Positions 8,906-18,873 are shown, counted from the stretch's first letter. The stretch is DNA of 32,000 nucleotides from Caldivirga maquilingensis IC-167 (GCF_000018305.1 NC_009954.1:900001-932000); one strand, 5' to 3'. Made by a program: numbers and translations. The notes: generated by a model from the sequence alone, not told the origin.

Positions 8906-9613
8906 TTAGGGTTTCCAACCCTTTATTGCAACGTAATCCCCCTTATCATAACCATCAATCGGGTATTCAACCTCATTATTAGAGTACTTCGGGTGCCTAG
9001 TTAAGGTTTGCATAGTCTTAACTATAATGAAACCTGCACCCTTAACTAGGTTCATTAATTCATCAACGGTATGCCACTTAGCCTGCTTAACATACTCTAT
9101 TGGATAGGGGTTCGGGGGTTTGATTCGTGAAATATACGGGTTACTCCAGTCACCTAATACCTCAGCTAACTTATAGAGAATGCCGTAAGCACCCTCAGCT
9201 ATAACATCAGCCACTACTACATGACCACCTGGCTTAAGTACCCTATACGCCTCCTTAATTGCCTTGGCATCATCATTAACGTAGTCAAGTACTCCATTAA
9301 GAAGAACAGTATCAAACACCCCATCATTAAACGGTAATTCCTCAGCACTCCCAATCCTAACATTCAACCCCCTATACTCAGCCACCTTAGCCATATCCTC
9401 AGATGGCTCAACGCAATCCTGAATAATCAACCCGTACCTAGTTCTTAAAATATACTCAAATAAACCTGAACCACAGCCGATGCTGAGCACCTTACCTGGA
9501 TTAGGTTCAAGCATATGCTTAATTAATAAGACTTCAGATTCAAGGATGTTCACGTTACTTAGGAACCATGAATCATACTTACTTGCTTGAAATGTGGGAT
9601 TCATGTTATTCAT
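8906..9613 (-). CDS. Class I SAM-dependent methyltransferase
   Basis: Motif I VLSIGCGSGLF, acidic loop, and post-I/II motifs (VLLNGVLDYV, LKPGGHVVV). Confidence 0.8.
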   Translation of the reverse strand: MNNMNPTFQASKYDSWFLSNVNILESEVLLIKHMLEPNPGKVLSIGCGSGLFEYILRTRYGLIIQDCVEPSEDMAKVAEYRGLNVRIGSAEELPFNDGVFDTVLLNGVLDYVNDDAKAIKEAYRVLKPGGHVVVADVIAEGAYGILYKLAEVLGDWSNPYISRIKPPNPYPIEYVKQAKWHTVDELMNLVKGAGFIIVKTMQTLTRHPKYSNNEVEYPIDGYDKGDYVAIKGWKP

Positions 9614-9731
9614 TGGTTATTGATATAAGATAACTTATTTATAAGGATTACTCCCCAGTGGCTTAAGATCATTGGCATTATGTTGATTTAGAAAATTACG
9701 GTATTAATTTAAAAGGCTGACCTACCTTGGC

Positions 9732-10958
9732 TTAGAATGGTGTTATTTCACCCTTAACGAACATGCTTGTTAACCTTGTTACCCTACTAATCTCCTCATC
9801 AGTTATAGCCTCGGCTTCCCTCTTCATTTCACTGGTTACTTCACCCTCATTAGTTATTATTTCAACGTTAGCTATCAGTGGGTTATCAATGGGTTTACCT
9901 ATTTGGCTTAGTAAGTATACGTAGACCTCCCTAGTACCCTTAACCTCATCGTGAATACGCTTAGCTATCATGTTGGCTAACACGTAGTATATTTTACCTA
10001 TGTGTGATACTGGGTTCTTGCCTGCGGTAGCCTCCATGGACATTGGCCTCATTGGTGTTATTAACCCATTAGCCCTATTACCCCTACCGGTCATTCCATC
10101 ATCCCCATGCTCAGCAGAGGTACCGGTGTACGTGAGGTAGTATATCCCATGTTCAGGATTATCAGCGGTGTTTAAGTGAACCTCCACCTCATATCCATTA
10201 GCCAGTTTAACCGCATTATCGTAGATAGCGTTCACAACATCCTCCTTAACACTTATGTAATGGTCCTTATCCTTAATGAGCCTTGAAACTAAGGCCGAGG
10301 CAACTGTGAGCGTTATCTTCCTACCCCTCCTAAGGCCCATTACCTTAACATCCTCACCCACCTCAGGGTACCTTGCCTTAAACTCCCTTGAGTTAAGTAG
10401 TCTCTCAGTCTCGTAGACGAGCCTCTCTGTTACTGTTAATGGTGCGAAACCAACCCCTATGGATGTATCATTTGCAAGCGGCACCCCTCCACTGGATACT
10501 CCAAGTTCATAGACGCCAACTAAGTCAACTGACCCTTGCCCAACCTTATAATCTATTACGAGGTGTTGATCCGGGTTAAGGAATCGGAAGTTATCTATTA
10601 TGAATTTCCTCGCCGCTGATAGAATAATACTACCTATGGGTACCTTAACCACCCCTGTACTTGACTTAACCTCAGTGGTCGCTCTACCGGATACAATTAT
10701 CCTAATTGGTTCTATTATCTCTCCTCCACCGAATTTAACCTGGGCGTTGCCTCCAATTACTAGAACCTTATCAACATTATGATGGAGTATTGTGCCGAAG
10801 TTCTCCATGTAGTATTTCGATAACTCCCTACTAACGTACTCGGATATTGAGTCAGCAATGTAGTCAGGGTGACCTAACCCCTTCCTCTCAACTAACTCAA
10901 CCGGTAAATCCTCAGTTGGAGGTCTCCTTATCCCTGAGACTACTATGTTCCTGGCCAT
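9732..10958 (-). CDS. mat: Archaeal-type S-adenosylmethionine synthetase (MAT)
   Basis: 408 aa. [17 protein letters not shown] and [21 protein letters not shown] are typical of archaeal MAT. Confidence 0.92.
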   Translation of the reverse strand: MARNIVVSGIRRPPTEDLPVELVERKGLGHPDYIADSISEYVSRELSKYYMENFGTILHHNVDKVLVIGGNAQVKFGGGEIIEPIRIIVSGRATTEVKSSTGVVKVPIGSIILSAARKFIIDNFRFLNPDQHLVIDYKVGQGSVDLVGVYELGVSSGGVPLANDTSIGVGFAPLTVTERLVYETERLLNSREFKARYPEVGEDVKVMGLRRGRKITLTVASALVSRLIKDKDHYISVKEDVVNAIYDNAVKLANGYEVEVHLNTADNPEHGIYYLTYTGTSAEHGDDGMTGRGNRANGLITPMRPMSMEATAGKNPVSHIGKIYYVLANMIAKRIHDEVKGTREVYVYLLSQIGKPIDNPLIANVEIITNEGEVTSEMKREAEAITDEEISRVTRLTSMFVKGEITPF

Positions 10959-10964
10959 ATTGGG

Positions 10965-11225
10965 TCACTCTAATTCATTCCTTACGGATACGTAGAGTAC
11001 TTGATTCCCCCTTATTAGTACTTTACCATACCTAACAATCACTTGATTAGTCCTAGTGTCTAACTCCTCCGCATCATCAAGCACTATGTTCATGCATTGG
11101 TCTATGAATCTTAAAGTACCACTGAGAACTCTACCTGCCTTAAGCTTAACAACCACGCTCTTATTAACCATCATGCCTAAAGCCCTTAAAGGCTGTACAC
11201 TATTAACCTCTGTTTTCTCCTGCAT
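10965..11225 (-). CDS. Sm-like (LSm) archaeal RNA-binding protein
   Basis: 86 aa. Sm1 motif VVVKLKAGRVLSGTLRFIDQCMNIVLDDAEE and Sm2 motif VLIRGNQVLYVS. Confidence 0.85.
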   Translation of the reverse strand: MQEKTEVNSVQPLRALGMMVNKSVVVKLKAGRVLSGTLRFIDQCMNIVLDDAEELDTRTNQVIVRYGKVLIRGNQVLYVSVRNELE

Positions 11226-11379
11226 TCAGCCCATTTCATTGGTACTATATAAAAATATTACGCCTACTCTTAACTCATCTCTGTTAATCTGCATTATGAG
11301 GAAGCTTACGCATACTGTATACTTATGAATCACTGTCTTAGGTCTGAGGAGGTGAGGCTTATGGTTATTATTTAAGGAT

Positions 11380-12831
11380 TTAAACACCAATGGTTGCCAC
11401 TAATGTAAAGTACACTATGAATAATGCAGCTACAAGCCACATGCCCCATGTAACTTCCCTATACTTACCCATCAGTATCTTTAATGCCACGTAAGTCAAG
11501 ATAGCTAAACCAATGCCTGTAGTTATACTGTAGGTGAAGGGTATTGATATTATAGCTAGGAAAGCCGGTATAACTTCACTTAAGTCGTCACTCAACTTAA
11601 GGTCAGAGGCCATTGAGAGGAACAGTAAACCCACCATTATCAGTACCCCTGCGGTTGCAAAGGAGGGTATTGATGCGATAAGTGGTGCGAATGGTATTGA
11701 AACCAGTAGCATTAAGGCCGTGGTAAGTGCAGTTAACCCAGTTCTACCACCAGATTCTATGCCCGTTGAGCTTTCAATATAAACTACTGTGGTTGATGTA
11801 CCTATGAATGGTGCAATTATCGACGCCAGTGAATCACTTACTAATGCCCTATTAATGTTTACTATTCTCCCATCCTTAACTAAGTTAGCCTTAATAGAAA
11901 GCCCAGTTATGGTACCTATGCCGTCGAAGAAGTCCACTATGAATAATGAGAAGGCTATGGGAAAGCCTAAGCCGAATAATGAGAAGTATAGGTAAAATGA
12001 GTTAGGAATACCATTGATTATCGAGGTTGTTAAAGGCATTTTAGTTATTAAAAAAGCCTCAGGCCTAATGTAGCCTAAGGCAGCACCCACTATAGATATC
12101 ACCACTATTGAGATTAGGAAACTCCCAGTAACCCTTAGAGCATATAGGGTGGCGGCTAATATGAAACCTACTAAAGCCAGGTATAGCGGTAACTGTGAAA
12201 AAGCCTTCGTGTTCAACTGTACAGGTGTTGCACCAGGTATCCCTGCAGTTACTATTCCAGCTGATGAGAAGCCTATGAAAGCTATGAATAAGCCAATCCC
12301 TATCGCTATACCTAATCTAAGCCTCTCAGGAATAGAATTTATTATGGCTTCCCTAAGTTTACCAATAGAGAATACTAGGAATAGAATCCCATTGAAGAGA
12401 ACAGAGATTAACGCTAAGTATACCCCTAGGAGCGCAGCGTTAACGCCCACCACATGCCCCCTATTAACCAGTATTTCAGTGAATAGTGGTATTACTGAGA
12501 ACGCTATGAAAGAGTTCTCACCCATGCCTGGAGCCAGGCCAAAGGGCATGTTGGCGTAAAGCCCCATGATTAACGTAGCTATAGCCGCCGCTAAGGCTGT
12601 CGCCACCGTGAAGCTTAACTTAACATTAAATATTAAACCAGCGTAAGTTGCCTCAACAACTGATACTGAGGTGTGGGTTGCGGCACTTAACGCAATCTCG
12701 AAGCCTGCTGTTAATATTGATGGGTTAACAATAAGTATGTATGCCATTGATAGAAACGTTGTTAACCCAGCTAAAACCTCCCTCCTAACATTACTCCCCC
12801 TTTCAGTTATATTGAAGTATCTTAAGCTCAC
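11380..12831 (-). CDS. NCS2/AzgA-family purine (adenine/guanine/hypoxanthine) permease
   Basis: 483 aa, polytopic. The N-terminus FNITERGSNVRREVLAGLTTFLSMAYILIVNPSIL is characteristic of AzgA/PbuG-type permeases. Confidence 0.85.
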   Translation of the reverse strand: MSLRYFNITERGSNVRREVLAGLTTFLSMAYILIVNPSILTAGFEIALSAATHTSVSVVEATYAGLIFNVKLSFTVATALAAAIATLIMGLYANMPFGLAPGMGENSFIAFSVIPLFTEILVNRGHVVGVNAALLGVYLALISVLFNGILFLVFSIGKLREAIINSIPERLRLGIAIGIGLFIAFIGFSSAGIVTAGIPGATPVQLNTKAFSQLPLYLALVGFILAATLYALRVTGSFLISIVVISIVGAALGYIRPEAFLITKMPLTTSIINGIPNSFYLYFSLFGLGFPIAFSLFIVDFFDGIGTITGLSIKANLVKDGRIVNINRALVSDSLASIIAPFIGTSTTVVYIESSTGIESGGRTGLTALTTALMLLVSIPFAPLIASIPSFATAGVLIMVGLLFLSMASDLKLSDDLSEVIPAFLAIISIPFTYSITTGIGLAILTYVALKILMGKYREVTWGMWLVAALFIVYFTLVATIGV

Positions 12832-13013
12832 GTTGAGGCGTTATTGATGCGTTTTTTAAATTCTCCCTAAATGAACCATTATGCTACTTAATACTTGACT
12901 AAACTTAAATTAAATGCATAAAACCTTGAGATTACTCTCTAAGCAATAACATTTACTGCACTGTCGTTATTAATCAATAACTTAATAGCTTATGATCATG
13001 AGTCCTATTAGAT

Positions 13014-13994
13014 TCACTTGGCTCTCGACTTCTCATACTCAATCATATCAATTAAGCCACCTTTTAAGCCGTACCTCTCACTAAAGCCTAATTCATCGTA
13101 TAGTCTACTACAGTCTACGTCTAGGCCTGCTGGGCCTGGTACCCTTGATGATGTTTCAGTGGGTTTGCTTAATGGTTCGTAATCAATCCTAGCGTTCGGT
13201 ATCAGTTCCTTAATGGTGTTAATAACGTCAATTACCGTGAACGGCTTCATTGAACCAGTATTGTAGACTGGTCTCCTAACCTTAGCCTTATCCACTAGGG
13301 CTAGGTGAATAAAGGCCCTTGCAGCATCCTTAACGTAAAGCCACCTATACTTAGCCCCACTGTAGGCGAAGTCCGGAGGTACTTTACCGTAACCCTTAAT
13401 TATAACATCCCTTAGGAAACTATTAAACTGGCCGGTGTAGCCACTATACCTACCTGGACCCCACGCGGTCGTTAACCTACCCCCAATCACGCTTAAGCCA
13501 TAAGCCTCACTGTAGTATGATCCGAATAACTCATCGGCAAGCTTAGTTATGTGGTATGGGTCAGGCGGTGTATGGGGGTAATCATCCTCATTAACACTAC
13601 CCTTACCGTAAACCAATGGTGAACCGTAAACAGACTCTGAGCTTGCGTAAACAACGCGTTCAAGGTCCATTAACCTAGCGGCCTCGAAAACATTCAATGT
13701 ACCGATGATATTAACCTTAGCAGCCTTAAGGGGCCTATTCCTTGATTCAAGAAGTATCATCGCAGCTAAGTGAATAATACGCCTAACGTTAAACCTCTTA
13801 ATAATACTAATGAGCTCATCAAAATCACTTAAATCCGCATTAACCAACTCAAGGCTAGGCCCCCTCAATCTAATTAACTCATCACTAAACCTAACATCAA
13901 GGGCAATAACCCTATAACCCATGTTAATCAACTCCCCAACGGTGAAACCACCAACTTGACCACTGGCACCAGTAACTAGGATTGATTCAGGCAT
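13014..13994 (-). CDS. NAD-dependent epimerase/dehydratase (extended SDR)
   Basis: ILVTGASGQVGG Rossmann motif and the YHITK (YxxxK) catalytic pair. 326 aa. Confidence 0.85.
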   Translation of the reverse strand: MPESILVTGASGQVGGFTVGELINMGYRVIALDVRFSDELIRLRGPSLELVNADLSDFDELISIIKRFNVRRIIHLAAMILLESRNRPLKAAKVNIIGTLNVFEAARLMDLERVVYASSESVYGSPLVYGKGSVNEDDYPHTPPDPYHITKLADELFGSYYSEAYGLSVIGGRLTTAWGPGRYSGYTGQFNSFLRDVIIKGYGKVPPDFAYSGAKYRWLYVKDAARAFIHLALVDKAKVRRPVYNTGSMKPFTVIDVINTIKELIPNARIDYEPLSKPTETSSRVPGPAGLDVDCSRLYDELGFSERYGLKGGLIDMIEYEKSRAK

Positions 13995-14072
13995 GCGTAA
14001 GCTACTTAACTAGGTTATTAAGTATTAATACCATAAATACTAGTGCCACGTAAGCTTAATAAGGTAAGTGTG

Positions 14073-14921
14073 ATGAGCCTTAATATGACTGGTGAAGTTA
14101 ACTTCAACTTCAAGGGTTGGTGCATATTCATATCAGGTTCCACTGAGGGTATTGGTTTAGCCATTGCAGAGGAGTTCGGTAAGGCTGGTGCCAGGGTTAT
14201 TGTGAATGGTGTTAGGAGGGAGGTGGCTGAGAACGCGTTGAATTACCTTAGAGGTAGGGGTATTGAACCCATCCTATTCCTCGGTGATGTGGCGGATAGG
14301 GGTAATGTGGTTAAGTTAAGGGATTTAATTGAGGGGGAGTGCGGTAGGCTTGATGTACTGGTTAATAATGCGTCTATTGAGGTTGATAAGCCCTTTGAGG
14401 ATTATGACTATGAGACTTGGAGGAGGCTTATTGAAGTTAACCTAGACGCCTACTACATGCTGGCTAGGGAGTTATTACCATTGATAATTAAGGGTGAGGG
14501 TAAGGTTATCATTAATATCTCCTCAGTGCAGGGGGTTGAGTGTGAGCCAACGACGGGAGCCTACAGTGTCACTAAGGCTGCTGAAATAGGTTTAACAAGG
14601 GTCATGGCCCTTGACCTAGCTAAGTACGGTGTTAGGGTTATTACCGTGGCGCCAGGAGCCATTGATACCCCACTTAATAGGGTTAAGTCAAGCAACCTAG
14701 ACCCAGGCGGTAGTTGGGAACACGCATACAGTGTAATCTCCGAGGCAATACCAATGGGTAGATTCGGTAAGCCTGAGGAGGTTGCAAACGTTGTGTTATT
14801 CCTATCATCAAGGGCAGCCAGCTACATGACTGGTACAACGGTGTTTGTTGACGGTGGCTTAACAGCATTATCACCAACCGGGGTTAAGATAAAGGACTTA
14901 ACTAAACCTAAGGTTAAGTAG
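14073..14921 (+). CDS. Short-chain dehydrogenase/reductase (classical SDR)
   Basis: ISGSTEGIGLA (TGxxxGIG-like), NNAS, SSVQG, YSVTKAA. The ORF is open from GTG 14043; ATG 14073 was chosen because of the upstream ataaatact TATA-like box. Confidence 0.85.
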   Translation: MSLNMTGEVNFNFKGWCIFISGSTEGIGLAIAEEFGKAGARVIVNGVRREVAENALNYLRGRGIEPILFLGDVADRGNVVKLRDLIEGECGRLDVLVNNASIEVDKPFEDYDYETWRRLIEVNLDAYYMLARELLPLIIKGEGKVIINISSVQGVECEPTTGAYSVTKAAEIGLTRVMALDLAKYGVRVITVAPGAIDTPLNRVKSSNLDPGGSWEHAYSVISEAIPMGRFGKPEEVANVVLFLSSRAASYMTGTTVFVDGGLTALSPTGVKIKDLTKPKVK

Positions 14922-14995
14922 GAATGCGTTTCTCAGCATCCCTATAAACCCTAACATTAAGCCTCCATAATGTTAAGGCATTCTTACGCAAGTAA

Positions 14996-15904
14996 CTACT
15001 CCAGTAGTTTATTTATGAAGTCTAGTTTATTGAATTTAATTAAGTCGTCGTAACCCTGCCCAGTACCCAGGAAGATTATCGGCTTCTTAAGTTCATAAAG
15101 TAGGGTTAATATTACGCCACCTTTAACGTAGGCGTCAACCTTAGTGACCACAACGAAGTCAATGGGTATGTATTTACTGTATGTTCTAGCAACATCAACG
15201 GCATCATTACCCATTAATGCGTCAACTATGAAGATTGAGGCGTCTGGTGATGAAACCCTGTGAACCTTCCTAAGCTCCTCCATTAGGTTCCTATCAGTGT
15301 GCATTCTACCAGCGGTATCAATCATAACAACGCTAATCCCCCTAGCCTTAGCATGCTCTATTGCATCATAGGCCACTGAGGCTGGGTCTGAGCCGTATGG
15401 GTGCTTTATGACCCTTACCCCAAGCTTAGCAGCATGCCCCTCCAATTGCTCAACAGCCCCAGCCCTATAGGTGTCTGCGGCAGCCCAGACAACGCTCATG
15501 CCCCTCTTAAGAAGCATATTAGTTAACTTAGCTATTGTGGTTGTTTTACCGTAGCCATTTGGGCCAAGGAATAGGAGTACTATTGGCCTCTTCTTAACGC
15601 CTTTAATGAATTCATCGAAGTCCACGTCAGGGATACTTGATAGTAGATTCATTAATGTATCCCTCACCAGAGCCTTAACGTAATCATTATCACTGAACCT
15701 AGGTACCTTAACGCCAATTAACTTAGCCTTAAGTTCACTAATTAAGGCTTCAGCGGTATCTAAGGCTACATCGTATTCTATGAGCCTTTCCTCAAACTCC
15801 CCCAGGAGCTTATTCACATCATCCTCTGTTAATTCCCTTTGAGTTACTGCATCACCAATAGCCTTCACTAGGCTTGAGAAGGCTGACTTAAGTCTATTGA
15901 ACAT
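14996..15904 (-). CDS. ftsY: Signal recognition particle receptor FtsY
   Basis: GPNGYGKTTTIAKL (P-loop), DTAGR, VTKVDA (TKxD). Conserved position downstream of pfdA. Confidence 0.92.
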   Translation of the reverse strand: MFNRLKSAFSSLVKAIGDAVTQRELTEDDVNKLLGEFEERLIEYDVALDTAEALISELKAKLIGVKVPRFSDNDYVKALVRDTLMNLLSSIPDVDFDEFIKGVKKRPIVLLFLGPNGYGKTTTIAKLTNMLLKRGMSVVWAAADTYRAGAVEQLEGHAAKLGVRVIKHPYGSDPASVAYDAIEHAKARGISVVMIDTAGRMHTDRNLMEELRKVHRVSSPDASIFIVDALMGNDAVDVARTYSKYIPIDFVVVTKVDAYVKGGVILTLLYELKKPIIFLGTGQGYDDLIKFNKLDFINKLLE

Positions 15905-15906
15905 GG

Positions 15907-16380
15907 TTACGGACCCGCCTTAGGCCCTACCGCACCACCCTGTGGGCGGGCTAGGGATGAGTATATGACTGTTAATAGATCCCTCACCTCACTACTGCTC
16001 CTAATCGCCTGAGCCAATTCCTGCTCAAGTCTCTCCCTTGCTGCATTGAGTTCATTCAACCTACTGTTTATTAACTCAATGGCCTGGGGTATAGGCATTT
16101 CAGCCACGTAATCCTCCCCAATATCCACAAGTACTTTACTAGTGTCTTTAGCCTCAGCCTTAACGTAAACCCCAGCACCTATTGTAACGTATGAGTCACT
16201 GACAACCCCCTTACTCAACTGCTCAAGCACGGCCTTAGCATTATTCAATTCATTAATAGTCATGTTGAGTACCGTTAAGTTTTGGGATAGAGTGTTAACT
16301 AGGTTAACTAACTCATTATACCGCTCAGTCAACTCCTCTAACTGGTCCTGCGTTATGACTACCCTCCTACCCTCACTCAT
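15907..16380 (-). CDS. pfdA: Prefoldin alpha subunit
   Basis: Two long heptad helices flank central beta hairpins (VTIGAGVYVKAEAKD, VLVDIGEDYVAEM). Lies between rplX and ftsY, with a 2-nt gap on each side. An alternative GTG start at 16389 overlaps rplX. Confidence 0.8.
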   Translation of the reverse strand: MSEGRRVVITQDQLEELTERYNELVNLVNTLSQNLTVLNMTINELNNAKAVLEQLSKGVVSDSYVTIGAGVYVKAEAKDTSKVLVDIGEDYVAEMPIPQAIELINSRLNELNAARERLEQELAQAIRSSSEVRDLLTVIYSSLARPQGGAVGPKAGP

Positions 16381-16382
16381 AT

Positions 16383-16640
16383 TCACCACGTCACCAATCT
16401 ATCAAGGTTCATGAGCTGCTTAATGTAACGGTTCTTGACTTCACTGGGGTTAATCTCAGTGATTGATTCAATCTTAATTAGGTTCCTGGGTACCTTATGG
16501 CCCCCACCAATCCTAGTGTAAACCTTCTCCCTGGCATCATCCTCATTAATGGCGGTAACCTCAATTCTAAACCTCCTCCAGGCATTACTCCTATCCTTAA
16601 ACCGCCCTGAGACACTATACACCTTAACCAAGCCTATCAC
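16383..16640 (-). CDS. rplX: Ribosomal protein LX (L18Ae/eL20 family)
   Basis: 85 aa. VYSVSGRF...WRRFRIEVTAINEDDAREKVYTRIGGGHKV matches the LX pattern. Conserved rplX-pfdA-ftsY order. Confidence 0.75.
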   Translation of the reverse strand: MIGLVKVYSVSGRFKDRSNAWRRFRIEVTAINEDDAREKVYTRIGGGHKVPRNLIKIESITEINPSEVKNRYIKQLMNLDRLVTW

Positions 16641-16663
16641 TGATTCAGCCGAGTGCAGTGCCT

Positions 16664-16671
16664 TTTATAAA
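16664..16671 (-). promoter_or_regulatory. TATA box for the rplX-pfdA-ftsY operon
   Basis: tttataaa is centred ~27 nt upstream of the rplX start at 16640. Confidence 0.5.
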
Positions 16672-16737
16672 TTATAACACCAACATCTAGCCACTTCCCC
16701 TCATGCATAATGCATATGCGGGTAGTGAGCACAATTG

Positions 16738-16746
16738 TTTTTAAGG
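16738..16746 (+). promoter_or_regulatory. TATA-like box for crenactin
   Basis: tttttaagg is centred ~24 nt upstream of the GTG at 16766. Confidence 0.4.
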
Positions 16747-16765
16747 AGTATGCCCAGTCACAGTT

Positions 16766-18076
16766 GTGGAGGATGTTAGGTATAAGGCAAGGTTCGTCTA
16801 CGCTGAGGATTACGGTACGGGCTACTTCAAGTATGGTCCAATAACCCTAGGTGAGGTACCGAGGGTTATGCCCAGTAGAGGCTTATTGCTTAGGGATCTG
16901 CCTGAAAGCATGAAGCTTCTCGTGCCTAGGGATGTTTTAAGTAGGGGTGTTGTGGTTGGTGATGAGGTATCCAAGTACCTTAGCTCACTTAGGGACGCCA
17001 TAAGGAACCTCAAGTACCCTCTACATGATGGGATAGTGAGGAGGGAGGATGAGGATGCTTGGAGGGTTGTTAGGGAGATGACTAGGTTCACTATTGCTCA
17101 ATTCCACAGTGAAGCCGTTAAGCAAAGCGACTACAGGGGCTTCCTAATCGTGGCCGCATTATCGGCACTGGCGCCAGACTACATGAAGGAGAGGTTTATT
17201 GAGCTTCACGGTGACGTTAATAGGGAATTGGGCGGTAACGCCGTTAGGGCTGTGACTGTTATTGACCAACCCTTCGCAGTGGCCATAGCTGAGAAGGCTG
17301 TTACATGCATAGTTATTGAGGCTGGTCACGGTAATACTCAGGTTGTTCCAATTAGCTACGGTCCAATTAGGGATGGTATAGTGGCCTTAAACAGGGGTGG
17401 GGCTGAGGCTAATGCAATAACCAGGGAGGTTCTTAAGGACGCAGGCTACGGGGACCTGGCTAGGGATGATTACGTAGTTGAGGTTGTTAAGAGGGAGGCC
17501 GGCTTAATCCCAAGGGACCTTGATGAAGCCATTAATAAGGCTAAGAAGGAGCCTGATAAGTACGCGGTATCAGTTAAAGTTAACCCACTGGTGACTATTG
17601 AGCTTAAGGAGTACTCCTGGATGAGGTTCCTAATAGGGGAGATACTCTTCAACCCGAATCATGAAATATTCAGAAGCTACACTCAACAGGGTAGGTTAAC
17701 CATAGAGGACGTGACCGTTGGAGACATGGTGTTCCACGGTGAAATGAGCCTATCAGACGCAGTGATAAGTAGTGTTAGGAGGACACCAGTGGAGATTCAG
17801 GATAAGGTGCTTGAAAACATAATACTGAGTGGAGGCTCATTCAACTGGAAGACACCACCGGAGGGTCTTAGGGACGTTGCGGTAACGAGTCCGGAGAAGG
17901 TTAAGGTGATGATGAGTAAGTTGTCCCCTGAATTGGCTGAGAGGGTTAACGTTAGGTTGGTTAATGATCCCCAGTTCAGTGTTTGGAAGGGTTCAATAGT
18001 TTATGGTTATGCACTACCGCTTAACGTTAAGTGGAGTGAGAGGACTAAGGAGGGTTGGTACTTCCTAAACCAGTGA
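16766..18076 (+). CDS. cren-1: Crenactin (archaeal actin homologue of Thermoproteales)
   Basis: 436 aa. From memory it is near-colinear with Pyrobaculum calidifontis crenactin. Shared blocks include FKYGPITL, LRDLPES, NLKYPLxDG, ALSALAPDYM, GHGNxQVxPIS, ALNRGGAEANAITRExLKD, FLIGEIxFxPNHE and SVWxGxxVYGYALPL. Confidence 0.92.
   Translation: MEDVRYKARFVYAEDYGTGYFKYGPITLGEVPRVMPSRGLLLRDLPESMKLLVPRDVLSRGVVVGDEVSKYLSSLRDAIRNLKYPLHDGIVRREDEDAWRVVREMTRFTIAQFHSEAVKQSDYRGFLIVAALSALAPDYMKERFIELHGDVNRELGGNAVRAVTVIDQPFAVAIAEKAVTCIVIEAGHGNTQVVPISYGPIRDGIVALNRGGAEANAITREVLKDAGYGDLARDDYVVEVVKREAGLIPRDLDEAINKAKKEPDKYAVSVKVNPLVTIELKEYSWMRFLIGEILFNPNHEIFRSYTQQGRLTIEDVTVGDMVFHGEMSLSDAVISSVRRTPVEIQDKVLENIILSGGSFNWKTPPEGLRDVAVTSPEKVKVMMSKLSPELAERVNVRLVNDPQFSVWKGSIVYGYALPLNVKWSERTKEGWYFLNQ
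17893..17943 (+). repeat. Direct repeat copy 1 (inside the crenactin CDS)
   Basis: ggagaaggttaaggtgatgatgagtaagttgtcccctgaattGgctgagag is 50/51 identical to 21329-21379. Confidence 0.95.
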
Positions 18077-18099
18077 ATCCAAGTAACGCTTATCCTCAG

Positions 18100-18771
18100 T
18101 CACCTACTTAAGTATAATTTAATTATCTTCCTAACCGCCGACCTTATGTGGTGACTAACCGTAGACTTGGAGAGCCCAAACTCCCTAGCCAACTCACTCA
18201 ACCCAATACCCCTTGTATCATCGAAGAAACCGGCCTCATAAGCCCTCCTAAGTACTTGAAGCTCCCTATGCGTTAACATGGTGCCTAAGGATAAGCCATT
18301 ACTAAATGACTCACCCTTAACCCTCACCAGTGAGCAATTCATTAAATCAACGTCACCACGCCTAGTAAGGGCTCTGCATGATGACTCTGCATTAGACTTA
18401 TCCGTGAAGTATGCCGTGAACTCCTTAACACCATTATGAACACGTGATTGAACGGTTAAGCAGCCATTATTAATTAATACGTATTTTAAAACACCATCAT
18501 ACTCACTTAGGAGGACAACCTCACGGTACCTACGTGAAACATTATTAACATAAAGCACCTTAACAACATTACCCAACCCACCCATTAATGCATGAGTAAA
18601 ATCCCTAATTAATGATGAATCCAAGGCATGAACAGCAACAACCTCAAGGGTAAGCTCACTGGGCTTAACAACATACGACGATAAACCAACCACACTTAAA
18701 CCAGGGTAGTTACGGGACAACTCACTCCAATCACCACGGTGAATAAGGGAGACATGAAGCCTATAAGGCAT
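18100..18771 (-). CDS. HTH_10 (bacterio-opsin-activator type) transcriptional regulator
   Basis: C-terminal LTHRELQVLRRAYEAGFFDDTRGIGLSELAREFGLSKSTVSHHIRSAVRKII is the typical HTH_10 domain. The N-terminal ~150 aa has no recognised motif. Confidence 0.7.
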   Translation of the reverse strand: MPYRLHVSLIHRGDWSELSRNYPGLSVVGLSSYVVKPSELTLEVVAVHALDSSLIRDFTHALMGGLGNVVKVLYVNNVSRRYREVVLLSEYDGVLKYVLINNGCLTVQSRVHNGVKEFTAYFTDKSNAESSCRALTRRGDVDLMNCSLVRVKGESFSNGLSLGTMLTHRELQVLRRAYEAGFFDDTRGIGLSELAREFGLSKSTVSHHIRSAVRKIIKLYLSR

Positions 18772-18865
18772 AATAACACATTAAGAAAACTACTTAATAA
18801 AGATTATTCAACACCACTATTCAAATCGCAATTAAATAAGTTAATGGAACAGGTTCTATGAAAAA

Positions 18866-18873
18866 CTTAAATA
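18866..18873 (+). promoter_or_regulatory. TATA-like box for the binding-protein gene
   Basis: ttaaatat lies ~27 nt upstream of ATG 18897, which favours 18897 over the ORF-track start at 18858. Confidence 0.4.

Noticed and set aside
6594-9665. 12-mer cccagtggctta in two intergenic regions (6594-6605, 9654-9665), plus ccagtgg at 8830, reminiscent of the origin-recognition-box core
   Set aside because: Tens of repeated 12-mers are expected by chance in 32 kb. There is no cdc6/orc1 gene, no clustered inverted ORB pairs, and no AT-rich unwinding element between them.
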